Source: Vulcanimicrobiota bacterium (GTDB lineage Bacteria > Vulcanimicrobiota > Vulcanimicrobiia > Vulcanimicrobiales > Vulcanimicrobiaceae). From it: 64,000 nucleotides of DNA. A model generated the notes under the pieces. It worked only from the letters and a program-made list of their open reading frames with translations. It ran no database searches and was not told where the DNA came from. The DNA lies in assembly GCA_963777315.1 (NCBI GenBank), contig CAVZQC010000001.1, positions 256,001-320,000 on the forward strand. Direction: 5' to 3'. Below are positions 28,787-39,798 of this stretch, piece by piece (the first letter of the stretch is position 1; the number at the start of each line of letters is the position of its first letter). The position numbers were made by a program, and so were the translations under genes.

Positions 28787-30285
28787 TTAACGCTGCGCGA
28801 TCCGGTCGACGGCGGATACGATCGCCGCGTCGGGATCGCCGGGCGAACCGTCGATCAAAAATGCAAACGCAAGGCGGCCGTGTTTGCGGCTGTCGACGTA
28901 ACCGGCCAGTGCGGCGGCGTCGGCCAGATGACCGCTTTTTGCGCGCACGCGGCCGGCCGCGGCGGTAAAGTGATACATCTTGAGCGTTCCGTCCAATCCC
29001 CCGCGCGGCAGCATCGGATACAGGGCGTTGCCGTGCGGGTCGGCGTCGAAATGCGCCAGAATGCGCGCGAGCGTCATCGCACTTACCCGGTTCGCGTGGG
29101 CGAGGCCGCTGCCGTCGACCACATGCAACCCCGGAACCGGTATCGCCTGCGCGGCAAGCACGCGACGTTCGGCGGCCAGGCCGTTGCGGTCGTCGCCGGC
29201 CGATCCGCTCGCCGCACCCAGCGTGCGCATCAGCTGCTCGGCGAAATGGTTGTCCGAAAACGTGAGCATGTGCGCGACCAGCTTCGCCAGCGGCTGCGAA
29301 TGGTGCTCCCATAGGATGTGGGCGTCGACCGGCACGGTCCCGGTTCGCGGCGCACGCGCAACCTCGATCCCGCTTTCTGCGAGCAATGCATTCATGACGC
29401 CGGCCGCATACCGTCCAACGCCGTGCACCGGCACCCAAAATTTCTCTTCGACGCCCGGCGGCACGTTGCCGTCCAAACGAAATTCGTTCGGCGTTTGCGT
29501 AGCCGCAACGATGACGTCATCGCCCCCGCCCGTCGTTACGTTGCCGTAATAGCGCACGCCCGGGCTGACGGGACGAATGCGGACGTTCGCCGCATCGCCG
29601 GACGACGTACCGATCACGTCGAATTCGACCGTGTCCTCGTCGACGGAGATGCCGCTGGTCGCCGCCATAAAATCTTCGTTGCCGTCGTCGGCGTCCCAGT
29701 TGGGGTTGATTTCCTCACCCGACAGCGCGCTGGGATCCGCGACGACGCTTCCTTCAATCGCCGTCAGGCCCGCATCACGCAGCGCGCGCGCCCCCAAAGC
29801 CAGATCGCTGCTGCGAAGTGACGGGTCGCCCGATCCGGCGAGCCAAATATCTCCGCGCAGCACGGTGCCGTGCGGAGGCTGCGCAGACGCGAGCAACGTG
29901 TCGAACCGGTACGCCGTTCCCAATTCGGAGAGCGCGGCGTCCGCCACGATCAATTTCTGCGTAGATGCCGGGGTAACGGCAGCGGAACCGCGATCGTCGT
30001 AGAGCACCGAACCGTCCTGTGCGAGAACCACGCACTCCACGAACCGGCGCCGCCGATTGCCGGACCGAGCGCGCTGCGCAGCACGCGCGCAAGCTCGGCC
30101 TTGGATGCGTTTCCCCAACGTGGAGCAGCCGTTCGTTGCACCCGGAATAGAGCCGGAGCTGCAGCCGGATGCGCGTGAATCGGCTCGGCCGGACTGCGCG
30201 GGCGCAGCACGATCGCCAAAGCGAGCGCGAAGAACGCCAGCGCGAGCGTAACCGCAACGCGCCTACGAGCGCGAGAGCGCCTCAA
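28787..30285 (-). CDS. dacB: D-Ala-D-Ala carboxypeptidase/endopeptidase (PBP4, peptidase S13); frameshift at ~30035
   Basis: SxxK 'PASTQKL', 'GSGDPSL', SxN 'SDNHFAE', 'DGSGL', 'AKSG'. Confidence 0.87.
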
Positions 30286-32797
30286 TCTTCTCTTGAATCT
30301 TTCGCTGTTCTTCACGTAAGGCATCGACGTCGCTTCGCAAGCTGGTAACTTGGGTCGGGACTTTCTGGGATTCGCGAATGCGTATCGCGGCTTCGGTCGC
30401 ATCGCGGCGGATGCGCCCGTCGAACGCACCGATCGATAGACGATCGAGCGCCGAAAGGAAACGGCGGTCGGCGAGCTGTTCGGCGGCCGCAATCGCCTGA
30501 CGCTGCACCAGAAACATCGGGTCATCGAGATGGACGGCGATTGCGTCGACCGCCGATGCGCGCTCGGCTTCGGTTATTTCCGCATGACGCGCCAGAGCGA
30601 TGAGCGCCGCCCGTCTGAGCCCTTCCTCTTTTCCGATGCGCGCCGCGGCGATCAGCGGTGCGGTTGCGCGCGCATCCGCGAGTTCGCCCAAACCCAGCGC
30701 AGCACCCGATTCGACCACCCCATTCCAGGTCACTTTGTCCAGCGCGTCGCTCAATACGCCGTACGCGCGCTCATCGCGAGTTTTGCCCAGGGACTGCAGC
30801 GCTGCCGACTGCACGAAGTATGAGGCGTCGCCCTGCGCAGCTCCAATCAGCGCACGCGCAACGCCGGCGTCCCTGAAGTTGCCCAGCGCACCCGCAGCAG
30901 CGCGGCGCACCTTGGGATGCTCGTGCGAGAGCGCGCGCAACAGCAGCGAGCACGCCCACCGCGCCCGCGTCGCGCCGACGGCCTGCGCCGTCTCCGCCAG
31001 CACGCCCCAAAACTGCTCGCGCGCGAACGCACCGCTCAAGGCTTCTCGAGCGCTCGCCGAGCCGTCTTTGGCCAGTTCGCGCGCGGCTCGAATGCGCGCG
31101 ACGACGTCCGGATCCGCCGACAGCGACGCAACGGCGAAATCAGCGCCGAACTGGTACGTCACATCACCCAATATGAACGCGCCCGGATCGAATCGAAACA
31201 GCTTCGGATCGAAATCCAAGGGAACCGTGACGGTTTCGTGCGCGCTTTCTACGTGAACCCGGATGCGCCGTTCGGAATCGATCGCAAGTCCAGGCGCGAA
31301 CGCTACGTCGACGTCGAAAATGTACGCGGGATTCTGATCGTTCACCGGCTGCTTTTGGTCGATGGTGACGGTCGCCACGCGCCGCTCGGCATCGTAAGAG
31401 GCGGCCACGTTGAGTTGCGGATGGCCGCCGCGCAAAACCCACTGATCGAAAAAGCCGCGCATGTTGCGCCCGGTGCTTTGCTCGATCGCCCGTACGAAAT
31501 CGATCGTTTCGACCGTTCGTTGCGCATTGTCGCGCACGTAACGGCGAATCGCGCGCCAAAAGCGTCCTTCACCGAGCTCTCCCCGCAGCATGTGCAGCAC
31601 CGCGCCGCCCTTTTCGTACAGGTGCCGATCGAACAGTTCGATCGGATCGCGAAAACGGTTGTACACGATCGGGCGCCGATACCGGTCCGCGTCCTCGTGC
31701 AGGTAGCGCTCGACGCACCCGAAGATGTCGTAGAGGTACTCATCGTATCCCAAGTCGGCTTCGCGGAAGACCGCTTCGAAGTACGTAGCGAAACCTTCGT
31801 TGAGCCACGCGTGCGACCAATCGCGGCAGGTGATGAGATCGCCGAACCATTGATGCGCCAGTTCGTGCGAAACCAGCGGGTCGCTCGAAAAATCGATATG
31901 GGCACGCTCGTCGTGCAGCGTGCGATCCGTCTGCGTCGTTGCCGACGTGTTCTCCATGCCGCCGAAGATGAAATCCGAGACCGCGATCTGCGAATAGCGT
32001 GCGTACGGATAGCGCATGCCAAGCCGCTCTTCGAAGACTTCGAGCATCTTGGGCGTCTTTCCAAAGGCGCGTTCGCCGTCGGCTTCCCGGCCGGGCAGCA
32101 CGTAATAATACACCGGCAGAGCGTCCTGGTGTTCGCGCGGCACGGAGGCTTGCCGAATCTCTACGAAGGGTCCAACCACCAGCGTCATCAGGTACGTCGA
32201 GTGCGGCACGTCCTGCCGGTAACGGTAGATCGTGCGATCGCCCTCGTCGCGCCGTTCGACCAGTGCACCGTTCGAAAGCGCGAACTGCCCGGCCGGAACG
32301 ACGATCGTAGCGGACGAGGTCTGCTTCTCGTGCGGGTAGTCCAAGCACGGAAACCAGTACCGCGCGTTCTCGTCTTGGCTTTGCGTCCAGGCATGGCGGA
32401 TTTTGTCGGGATAGTCCGCGGTGGATTCGACGAAAAACAACCCATGCCGCGGATGCCTCACGCTGTAGGCGATCGCAAAAGTCGCTTCTTGTTCCGGCGC
32501 GATGGGAGGATCGAAAGTTATTTCGACCTTTCGGGCGCGATGCGTGAATTTTTGCGGCTTTCCGTCACGCAGCACCGAAGCGATGCGCAAATCGACTGCG
32601 TCCAAAGCAAGCACCGGCACGGCTTGATCCAAAGCGCGAACCGTCGTCGTGCAAACGGCGCCCAGCCGGGCTTTTTGCAAGTCGGGCGTCAAGTGCAGGT
32701 CGATATGCGCTACGTCCACGAGTTTGTCGGGGCCGTAACGCAGTGAAGAGCCGGGCAGCGCGAACGCGCGATGCCCTGAGTTGTCATCCCGGTGCAT
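30263..32797 (-). CDS. pepN: M1 aminopeptidase with C-terminal HEAT repeats
   Basis: 'GGMEN', 'HELAHQWFG...WLNEG', 'YEKG'; HEAT-like repeats. Confidence 0.9.
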   Translation of the reverse strand: MHRDDNSGHRAFALPGSSLRYGPDKLVDVAHIDLHLTPDLQKARLGAVCTTTVRALDQAVPVLALDAVDLRIASVLRDGKPQKFTHRARKVEITFDPPIAPEQEATFAIAYSVRHPRHGLFFVESTADYPDKIRHAWTQSQDENARYWFPCLDYPHEKQTSSATIVVPAGQFALSNGALVERRDEGDRTIYRYRQDVPHSTYLMTLVVGPFVEIRQASVPREHQDALPVYYYVLPGREADGERAFGKTPKMLEVFEERLGMRYPYARYSQIAVSDFIFGGMENTSATTQTDRTLHDERAHIDFSSDPLVSHELAHQWFGDLITCRDWSHAWLNEGFATYFEAVFREADLGYDEYLYDIFGCVERYLHEDADRYRRPIVYNRFRDPIELFDRHLYEKGGAVLHMLRGELGEGRFWRAIRRYVRDNAQRTVETIDFVRAIEQSTGRNMRGFFDQWVLRGGHPQLNVAASYDAERRVATVTIDQKQPVNDQNPAYIFDVDVAFAPGLAIDSERRIRVHVESAHETVTVPLDFDPKLFRFDPGAFILGDVTYQFGADFAVASLSADPDVVARIRAARELAKDGSASAREALSGAFAREQFWGVLAETAQAVGATRARWACSLLLRALSHEHPKVRRAAAGALGNFRDAGVARALIGAAQGDASYFVQSAALQSLGKTRDERAYGVLSDALDKVTWNGVVESGAALGLGELADARATAPLIAAARIGKEEGLRRAALIALARHAEITEAERASAVDAIAVHLDDPMFLVQRQAIAAAEQLADRRFLSALDRLSIGAFDGRIRRDATEAAIRIRESQKVPTQVTSLRSDVDALREEQRKIQEKIEALSRS

Positions 32798-32820
32798 GCT
32801 GAGACTTCGCGGTTCGCGAA

Positions 32821-32846
32821 GGCGGCGCCGGTTTCCCGGCGCCGCC
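32821..32846 (-). terminator. Perfect GC hairpin, possible intrinsic terminator
   Basis: GGCGGCGCCGG-GAAA-CCGGCGCCGCC on the minus strand, 25 nt after the stop at 32872; weak U-tract. Confidence 0.5.
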
Positions 32847-32871
32847 GTGTCCAGCGAGGTTCGCAGTCCCT

Positions 32872-33924
32872 TCAGCTGCTGTAGACGATTTGGCGTTCGA
32901 TGGCAGCGCCGCTCGGCGAGGTCGAGGTGATGATCACGCGAACCTGTCCGCCGGAAACCGCGTTCAGGCCCACCGACGTCGTGAAATTGCCGTTACCGTC
33001 GGCCGTCACGTCGGTCTGAAACGTTCCCGTGCCGATCTGCAGCAAACCGCCCAGCGTGGTGGCCGTACCCGATGCGACGATGTGCACTTGCGAGCCGGGA
33101 ATCGTGTGGCCGCTTATGGTGAAGTTGCCGCCGACCTTCGCGCCCGGACCCGGCCGCAGGCGGTTGATGTAGTTCGCCGCCGCGCCGGCCGTGGTGTTGA
33201 ACGACCATCCCGTGTTGAAAGACGCCCCGGTCGCGGTCGAGCCGCTGACCGTTACGTGATGCGTGCCTGGTGACAGCTCGAAGTCGGGCGTAGCGTCGAA
33301 GCCGTTCGCATTCGCATACACTTGCTGCGTGACGTCGCGGCCGTCCACGCTGACGCGCAGGGAATCGCGATTGACCGCTTCACTGAACGTCGCGTGCAGC
33401 GCGGGGTGGGTAGTGTTCACGCTGGCGCCGTTGCCGGGACGCTCGTTGTTGAGCGAGAACGACGAATTGTTCGTCGGCGTGTAATTCTGGGAGCCGCCGT
33501 TGGATGCAATGTACACCGTGCTCGTATTGCTGTCCCATCGTACGTTGGCCCCTAGAGCCTGGGCGACGAAACGCAGCGGCACTTCCGTGCGACCTGCGAC
33601 CGAAAAAGGCGCGACGTCCATCGTCATCCGATTTCCGTCGATCGTGGCTTGCGGCGAGCCGATCGTCAGATGCACGGAGCGTCCGCGTCCCTGCGCGTTG
33701 ATGTTGCCGTTCGAATAGACGACCGTCGATCCCAAGCGTTCGAAGATCGCGCGCATCGGCACGAAAACCCGATTATTGCGCATGACCGGCGGTTGGTCGA
33801 ACGAAAGCACCTGGCCGTCCACGACGACGGTGACGTTCTGGGCCAGCACCGGCACGGCCAGAGCGGCCGCGAGCAAGAACGACAGTGCCAGCCCGCAGCT
33901 CGCGAGCCGTTTGAGTAAAAGCAT
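32872..33924 (-). CDS. Secreted copper-amine-oxidase-N-terminal-domain protein with Ig-like domains
   Basis: GGAGG RBS; signal peptide; 'RVFVPMRAIFERLG', 'VPLRFVAQALGANVRWD'. Confidence 0.85.
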   Translation of the reverse strand: MLLLKRLASCGLALSFLLAAALAVPVLAQNVTVVVDGQVLSFDQPPVMRNNRVFVPMRAIFERLGSTVVYSNGNINAQGRGRSVHLTIGSPQATIDGNRMTMDVAPFSVAGRTEVPLRFVAQALGANVRWDSNTSTVYIASNGGSQNYTPTNNSSFSLNNERPGNGASVNTTHPALHATFSEAVNRDSLRVSVDGRDVTQQVYANANGFDATPDFELSPGTHHVTVSGSTATGASFNTGWSFNTTAGAAANYINRLRPGPGAKVGGNFTISGHTIPGSQVHIVASGTATTLGGLLQIGTGTFQTDVTADGNGNFTTSVGLNAVSGGQVRVIITSTSPSGAAIERQIVYSS

Positions 33925-34030
33925 TGATAAAGTCCTCCGAGTGCGTGACAAACGTATCTCCATGTACGCACCGCTTACCCAGGTGCGTCGCAAGGCTCCG
34001 CACGCCTGTCGGCAGGCCCGGTTATCGTCG

Positions 34031-37000
34031 TTAGGCGAAGGGCGTGGCGACCGGATGCATCTCTTCGCGCACCGCGCGCTTGTCGGCGCGGCGCTCCAGA
34101 TATCCGATCCACGTGTTGTAGATCATCGGGACCAAGAAGAGCGTGAGAATCAGCGAGCTCGAGCAGGCCTCCGATGATCACCGTTCCCATGGCCTGCCGC
34201 CACTCTCCGCCCTCGGCATATCCCAGAGCGAGCGGCAGCATGCCGAAAATCATGGCGGCCGTCGTCATGACGATTGGCCGAAAGCGTGTGGCCGACGCCT
34301 GCAAGACCGCATCGCGAACGCGCATGCCGCGTTTGATGAGCGTGTTGGAGTAGTCCACGAGCAGAATGCCGTTTTTGGAAACCAAGCCGAAGAGCATGAT
34401 GATGCCCAAGATCGAGATGATGTTGAGCGATTGACCTTGCTCGGGCTGAAGCCGGCCCATAATCGCCAGAAAAACCAGCGCGCCGATGATGGCCAAAGGC
34501 ACCGAGAACATAACGATGAGCGGTTCCAGGAACGAACCGTAGAGAACGACCATCAGCATGTAGACCAGCATGAACGACGTCAGCAGCGCGATGCCCATGT
34601 TGACCATCGTCTCGCCGACCCACTGCGAGTTGCCCTGTGCGGTGGGTGCGACGCCGGAGGGCAGGAAACCGGGCTCGCGCATCTTCTTTTCGAGCGGCCC
34701 TTGCACCTGACCGGTGGAGTAGCCCGGCAGCAGATCGGCGGTGACGTTCACCACGCGCTGGCGGTTCAAGCGTTCGATGCGCGTCGGCGCTTTCGTCCAC
34801 GTAAACGATGCCACGTCGCCCAGCGGAATCAGCGTTCCGTCCTCGGCGCGCACGCGTACCGTTTTCAGATCGTCGACCGTATTGCGGTCCGCTTGCGGAA
34901 ATTGCACGCGCACGTCGACCAGCCCGTTCGGGGTTCGCACCTTGGTAGCCACGGCTCCGTCGACCGCGATGCGGGCAACGTTCGCGGCTGCCGAAGGCGC
35001 AACGCCAAGCAGCGCAGCTTTGGCTTGATCGATGTCGACGTTGAGCCGGGGTGCGGCGATCTCTGCGGACGTCTGCACGTTCACCGATCCCGGGATCGTA
35101 CGCAGGAAGCGGGCCACTTTTTCCGCTGCAGGGCCGATCGCGTCCTCGGGGCCGGCCAGCGAATAAAAGATCGCCGAGCCGCCGCCGCCCCCGCCGCTTT
35201 CCTGGTTGACTTGGAAATCACCGCCGGGAACGAGATATCCCATCTTGCGGATCTGCTCGACGACCTGATTGGTTTGCTTGATGTGCGCGTCGTCGACTTG
35301 CGCCGTAAGGCGCGCGAAATTACCGCCCATCGTCATGCCGAAACCCGAAGGCTTCATACCGACCGTCGAGCTGACCGATTTCATCCAGCGAACCTTCATC
35401 AGCGCGTCTTCCAGCCGCGTTACGTATCGATCCGTCGTCGCGATCGGCGTGCCTGGCGGATAACTCACGGCCATGTTGATGACGCCGGTTTGCTGCGCCG
35501 GAAAGAAATCGAAGCTAATGCCGCCCAGGGACCACATGATGACGCCGAGCACGATCGGCATCACGATTGTCGCCGCCGCAACCGGCAAGTGCGTACCCAG
35601 CGATGCGAATCCGCGCACGGGTTTGCGGCGGCTGCGGCCGCGCATGCGCATCACCCACGCGATCGCGTAGAACGCCAGCGTTACGGCGACGATTCCCGCA
35701 TCGAGCGGCAGCGCGTTTGCACCGTTGCCGATGAGCGCCATCGCGTTGACGAGCAACACTGCGCACGTGAAGACCACGAACGTACCGTGCGCGAGCGCAA
35801 ACGGCAGCAGCACATCCTTGTAGAAACGCGTGAACTGCTCGTACCGGTGCACGATGAAGTTCAGGATGAGCAGCGCAACCACGAACACCGCAAACACGTT
35901 GAGCAGGAACCAGCCCGTTGCGCTGCCGGCAACCCACATCACTGCGGCGGCAGCCAGCAATCCGAAATCCAGAAAGCGGTTGTCCAGCGCGCGAACCCAG
36001 GCCGGATCGCCCTCGGAGCGCTTGCGCATGCTCCACCTTGCAGCGAGCAGCGGCGTGAGCGTGAAGGACACGAACAGCGAGAACAGCGTCGCCGTAACGA
36101 CGACGGCGCCGTATTCCTTTAAGTATTCGCCGGTAATGCCGGGCAGAAGCGCAATCGGCAGAAAGACGACCACGTCGACCATCGTGATCGCGACCGCGGC
36201 GCCGCCGATCTCGCTGCGTCCATTTATGGCGGCGTCGATTGGGTTTTGCCCCATATCTCGATGCCGCGTAATGTTTTCCAAAACGACGATCGAGTCGTCG
36301 ACCAAAATACCGATAATCAGGGAAAGCCCCATCATCGAGAGATCGTCGATATGGAAGCCGAAGAGCTTCATCAAAATGAACGTGGAGAGAATCGACGAGG
36401 GGATCGCCACCAAGACGACGACCGCGTTGCGCCAGGCGTGCAGAAAAAGCATCATCACGATGGCGGTCAGGACGATGCCCTCGAGCAGCGACTGCCCAAC
36501 GCCCCAGAGTTCCTTCGCCGTGACGTCGGCCTGCGCGTCTTCCTCGACGAACTGCAGCTGCGGAAAACGCGCTTCGATGATCTTCATCTGCGCCCGCGCG
36601 CCCTTGGTCGCTTTGATTTGATCTGCGTCGAGCGTCGGATTGATCTGAATGTAGACGCGGGGCTGCCCGTTGTAGTGCGACATCGTCCGCATCTCGACAT
36701 GGCTGTCGTAGGCCTTCGCGACGTCGCCGATCTTCAGTTCGCGAGTCGACGAACCGGGTACGGGAAGCGGAATTCCCAGCAAATCGTCGGCTTTGTTGAC
36801 GTACGAATGTATCGCGACGCTCGCCTCCTGCGTCGGTTGCGTCAGGATGCCGCCCGGAACGTTGAGATTATTGTTTGCCACCGCGCCGAAGACGTCGGAA
36901 AGCGTCGCATTTGCGCCGAGCAGCCGCGACGGGCTGGGCTCGACGTGGAATTCGCGGTCGGCTGAGCCGTACACGTTGACCGACTGCACGTCCGGAATCT

Positions 37001-37505
37001 GTTGGATGAGCGGCGTTATCTGATTGTTGACCAAGTCCGCGATCTGTGTTTGAGAAAGCGTTCTCGAACTGACCGCGATGTCCAGCAGGGGCGGCGTATT
37101 GTCGCCCGCGGACTTATCGACCGTCGGAGGATTCAAATCGGTCGGCATGTACACGCGCGCGGTATCCGTGCGGCGCTGCACGTCGACGGCGGCGAGATCG
37201 AGGTTGGTGCCGATGCGGAAAAATACCGCGACGCTGGCTGAGCCTTCCTGGGCGGTTGCCGTGATGTGATCCAGGTTGTCGATGCCGGCCATTTGGTCTT
37301 CGATCGGCTTGATGACCAGCCGTTCCATGTCTTGCGGAGATGCGCCGGGATAGCCGGCCTCGATCAGGACGACGGGAAATACGGTTCCGGGCGGATTGGA
37401 GCTGCGCCCGAGCTGCATGAACGAAACAAAACCGAAAATCGCCAAGGCGATGAACACCATGGCGGTGATGACTGGTCGGCTAATCGCAAATCGGGTCAAC
37501 CACAC
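34031..37505 (-). CDS. RND efflux transporter (AcrB/SwrC-like); frameshift at ~34160
   Basis: 'YPGASP', 'VDDSIVVLEN', 'KNGILLVD', 'RFRPIVMT'; corrected C-terminus 'SSLILTLFLVPMIY...PFA*'. Confidence 0.9.
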
Positions 37506-37627
37506 GATAGAAAAATGGCTCCTAGAGCGGTCCGGTCTGTGCTACAGATACGCCGCTAACGCTCTTGGGGTTTCAGCTGTGCCGTTCTGCGGATTATGGC
37601 ACCTTACAGCGGCGCGCAAGCCGTTGG

Positions 37628-37777
37628 TTAGTCACTATGCCGGCCCGCTGCACTGCCGAACGTTGCCCCCAGAACGACACCGAAGCCGATTCCGACGGCG
37701 AGATTGTGCAGAGCAAGCCCAAGACCGGCGCCAAGCGCGATACCGAGGGCCATGTAGGTACGCCGGGAGCGGCTCAT
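37628..37777 (-). CDS. Small glycine-rich membrane protein
   Basis: 'MALGIALGAGLGLALHNLAVGIGFGVVLG' glycine-zipper-like. Confidence 0.5.
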   Translation of the reverse strand: MSRSRRTYMALGIALGAGLGLALHNLAVGIGFGVVLGATFGSAAGRHSD

Positions 37778-37885
37778 GGCGAGCCGACGTTCTCCAAAAA
37801 ACGTTAGACCGCCTCGCAGAGGACCGAAACGCTGCCTTGCAACGGCATGCCACAACGGCAGAAGACCTAGGCGCCGGCCACTTCA

Positions 37886-37926
37886 TGTTATGTTTTCTTG
37901 ACATTATGTATTGTTTACATTACACT
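37886..37926 (+). promoter_or_regulatory. Sigma70 promoter (TTGACA-N17-TACACT) overlapped by two TGT-N12-ACA operator-like boxes
   Basis: -35 at 37898-37903, -10 at 37921-37926; boxes at 37886-37903 and 37907-37924. Confidence 0.75.
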
Positions 37927-37954
37927 TACGCCCACCAGCCGAAGGGAGAAGAAA

Positions 37955-38380
37955 TTGCCGTTCCGCGAGAAAACCGCCTGGCTCACGTTGATCGCCATCG
38001 CCGTCACTTTTGGGCCATATTTTGCGGTCGTCGCCGCACGGGGCCGCGCCGCAAGCGAGGTACCGGGCTTGCACGAGCTTGGCCTGTTTGCCGTCGTCGT
38101 AATCGTGCAGGTGATCGTCGTGGCCGCCGGTCACGCGTTCTTGGCCGCCGTGTCTCCCACAGACGCGCGAATGCCGCCCGACGAGCGCGATCGTGCAATC
38201 ACTAGCAGATCGATCGCCTTCGCGTACTACGTGCTCATCGCGGGCATGATCGTTGTGGGCTGCGTCATGCCGTTCAATTCGAGAGGCTGGACGATCATCA
38301 ACGCAGCGCTTGCGATGATCGTCGCTGCCGAAGTCGTTCACTACGGCGCCATCGTCGTCGGCTATCGCCGGCAAGCATGA
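37955..38380 (+). CDS. Four-TM membrane protein
   Basis: TTG start after GGGAG; 'DERDRAI' motif; typical partner of small XRE regulators. Confidence 0.7.
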   Translation: MPFREKTAWLTLIAIAVTFGPYFAVVAARGRAASEVPGLHELGLFAVVVIVQVIVVAAGHAFLAAVSPTDARMPPDERDRAITSRSIAFAYYVLIAGMIVVGCVMPFNSRGWTIINAALAMIVAAEVVHYGAIVVGYRRQA

Positions 38381-38601
38381 TCGAAGGATCGATCACCAAT
38401 CGGATCCGTACGCTGCGTTTTCTTAACGGTGAGATTTCCCAAGGCGAGCTGGGTCAACGCATCGGCGTAACGCGCCAGACAATCGCCGCGATCGAGGCGG
38501 GAAAGTATTCGCCCTCACTGGACGCGGCATTTCGAATCGCCCATGTTTTCAACGTGCCGCTGGACGAAGTGTTCCAATGGCGTGGAATCGAGAATACGTG
38601 A
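38377..38601 (+). CDS. XRE-family HTH transcriptional regulator (COG1476-like)
   Basis: 'NRIRTLR...SQGELGQRIGVTRQTIAAIEAGKYSPSL...VF'. Confidence 0.9.
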   Translation: MIEGSITNRIRTLRFLNGEISQGELGQRIGVTRQTIAAIEAGKYSPSLDAAFRIAHVFNVPLDEVFQWRGIENT

Positions 38602-38694
38602 CGCACAACGGACTGCGGGCGGCCTTCACCTTAGTCCGGACGAGCGCAATGAACCGTGACGCCGCTGCAATGCGCGGCGGGATTCGTAGGTTCA

Positions 38695-38778
38695 TGCGCG
38701 AGACTGGACTCGAACCAGCACGCCCTTGCGGGCGCTAGCCCCTCAAGCTAGTGCGTCTACCAATTTCGCCACTCGCGC
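38695..38778 (-). tRNA. tRNA-Leu (anticodon GAG), CCA not encoded
   Basis: GCGCGAG acceptor stem, D-arm 'TGGCGAAATTGGTAGACGC', anticodon arm CTAGC-TTGAGGG-GCTAG, long variable arm, 'GGTTCGAGTCC'. Confidence 0.95.
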
Positions 38779-38807
38779 ACGGGCCGGTGGGTACGGACAA
38801 CCTGCAA

Positions 38808-38836
38808 AGTCTATACGCTAGCACATCGAGGGTCAA
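38808..38836 (-). promoter_or_regulatory. Sigma70 promoter of tRNA-Leu
   Basis: TTGACC-N17-TAGACT on the minus strand, ~30 nt upstream of the tRNA. Confidence 0.65.
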
Positions 38837-38853
38837 GCATTCATTCGACGTTC

Positions 38854-39789
38854 TTAGCGCATGTTCGGATCGAGCGCGTCCCGCAGGCCGTCGCCGATAT
38901 AGTTGATGGCGAGCACGGTAACCAAAATGCACAGTCCGGGAAACACTGCCGCCCACCAAGCGACCTCGAGATTACTCTCGGCGTTGGCGAGCATATTGCC
39001 CCACGATGCCGTGGGCGGCTGAATGCCGAAGCCCAGGAACGACAGCGTGGATTCCAGCACGATGACGTTGGCAACGTCGAGCGTCGCTTGCACGATGATG
39101 GGCGCGATCGCGTTCGGCAGTAGATGGCGCAGCATGATGCGCGCGTCGCCGTTGCCTAGGGCGCGGGCAGCCTCCGTGTATTCCCGTTCGCGTAGCGACA
39201 GGTACGAAGCGCGCACCAAGCGCGCGACGCCCGGCCAAGAAAGCGCGCCGATGATGATGACGATAACCCCGAAGCCCAGCGAGGCTTTACTGGAGCTGGC
39301 TGCAACGATTGCGGTGAGCGTGAGCAGCAGGGGCAAGAGCGGAATCGACAAAAAGACGTCCGTGATGCGCATCACCACGTAATCGACCCATCCGCCGTAG
39401 TACCCCGCCACCGCGCCCAGCAGCGTGCCGATGATCAGCTCCATCACCACGGCCGCCACGCCGACGGTGAGAGAAATGCGCGCGCCGAACATCAAGCGCG
39501 AAAGCAGGTCGCGCCCATTTTCGTCGCTTCCAAGCGTGTGAGCGCCGCATTGTGAAGCATCTTGAAAGCACGGAGGAAGCGGATTGCCCTGCCAGTGCAC
39601 GTTGTCGATGGCGTTGGGGTCGTACGGCGCGAACTTGGGCGCGAACACCGCGACCACCACCATGAACAGCAGCACGATCGCGCCGGCCATCGCCAGTTTG
39701 TGTTTGCGAAACCGCGACCATACGGTATTCTTGCTGTACGTGACGGCTTCGGAGGCGAACTGCTGATCGATCGGAGGTGAAAGTGCCAC
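38854..39789 (-). CDS. oppC: Oligopeptide ABC permease OppC/DppC
   Basis: 'LGSDENGRDLLSR', 'EAARALG', 'RHLLPNA', 'GDGLRDALDP'. Confidence 0.88.
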   Translation of the reverse strand: MALSPPIDQQFASEAVTYSKNTVWSRFRKHKLAMAGAIVLLFMVVVAVFAPKFAPYDPNAIDNVHWQGNPLPPCFQDASQCGAHTLGSDENGRDLLSRLMFGARISLTVGVAAVVMELIIGTLLGAVAGYYGGWVDYVVMRITDVFLSIPLLPLLLTLTAIVAASSSKASLGFGVIVIIIGALSWPGVARLVRASYLSLREREYTEAARALGNGDARIMLRHLLPNAIAPIIVQATLDVANVIVLESTLSFLGFGIQPPTASWGNMLANAESNLEVAWWAAVFPGLCILVTVLAINYIGDGLRDALDPNMR

Positions 39790-39798
39790 TGCGGCTCC

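Noticed and set aside
30917..36122. Long antisense ORFs (30917-32746, 34143-36122; similarly 6409-7731 and 59269-60816)
   Set aside because: Shadow ORFs opposite well-supported genes, expected in high-GC DNA; no recognisable motifs.
37505..38700. tRNA-anchored integrative element
   Set aside because: No integrase, and I found no duplicated tRNA 3' end (att site).
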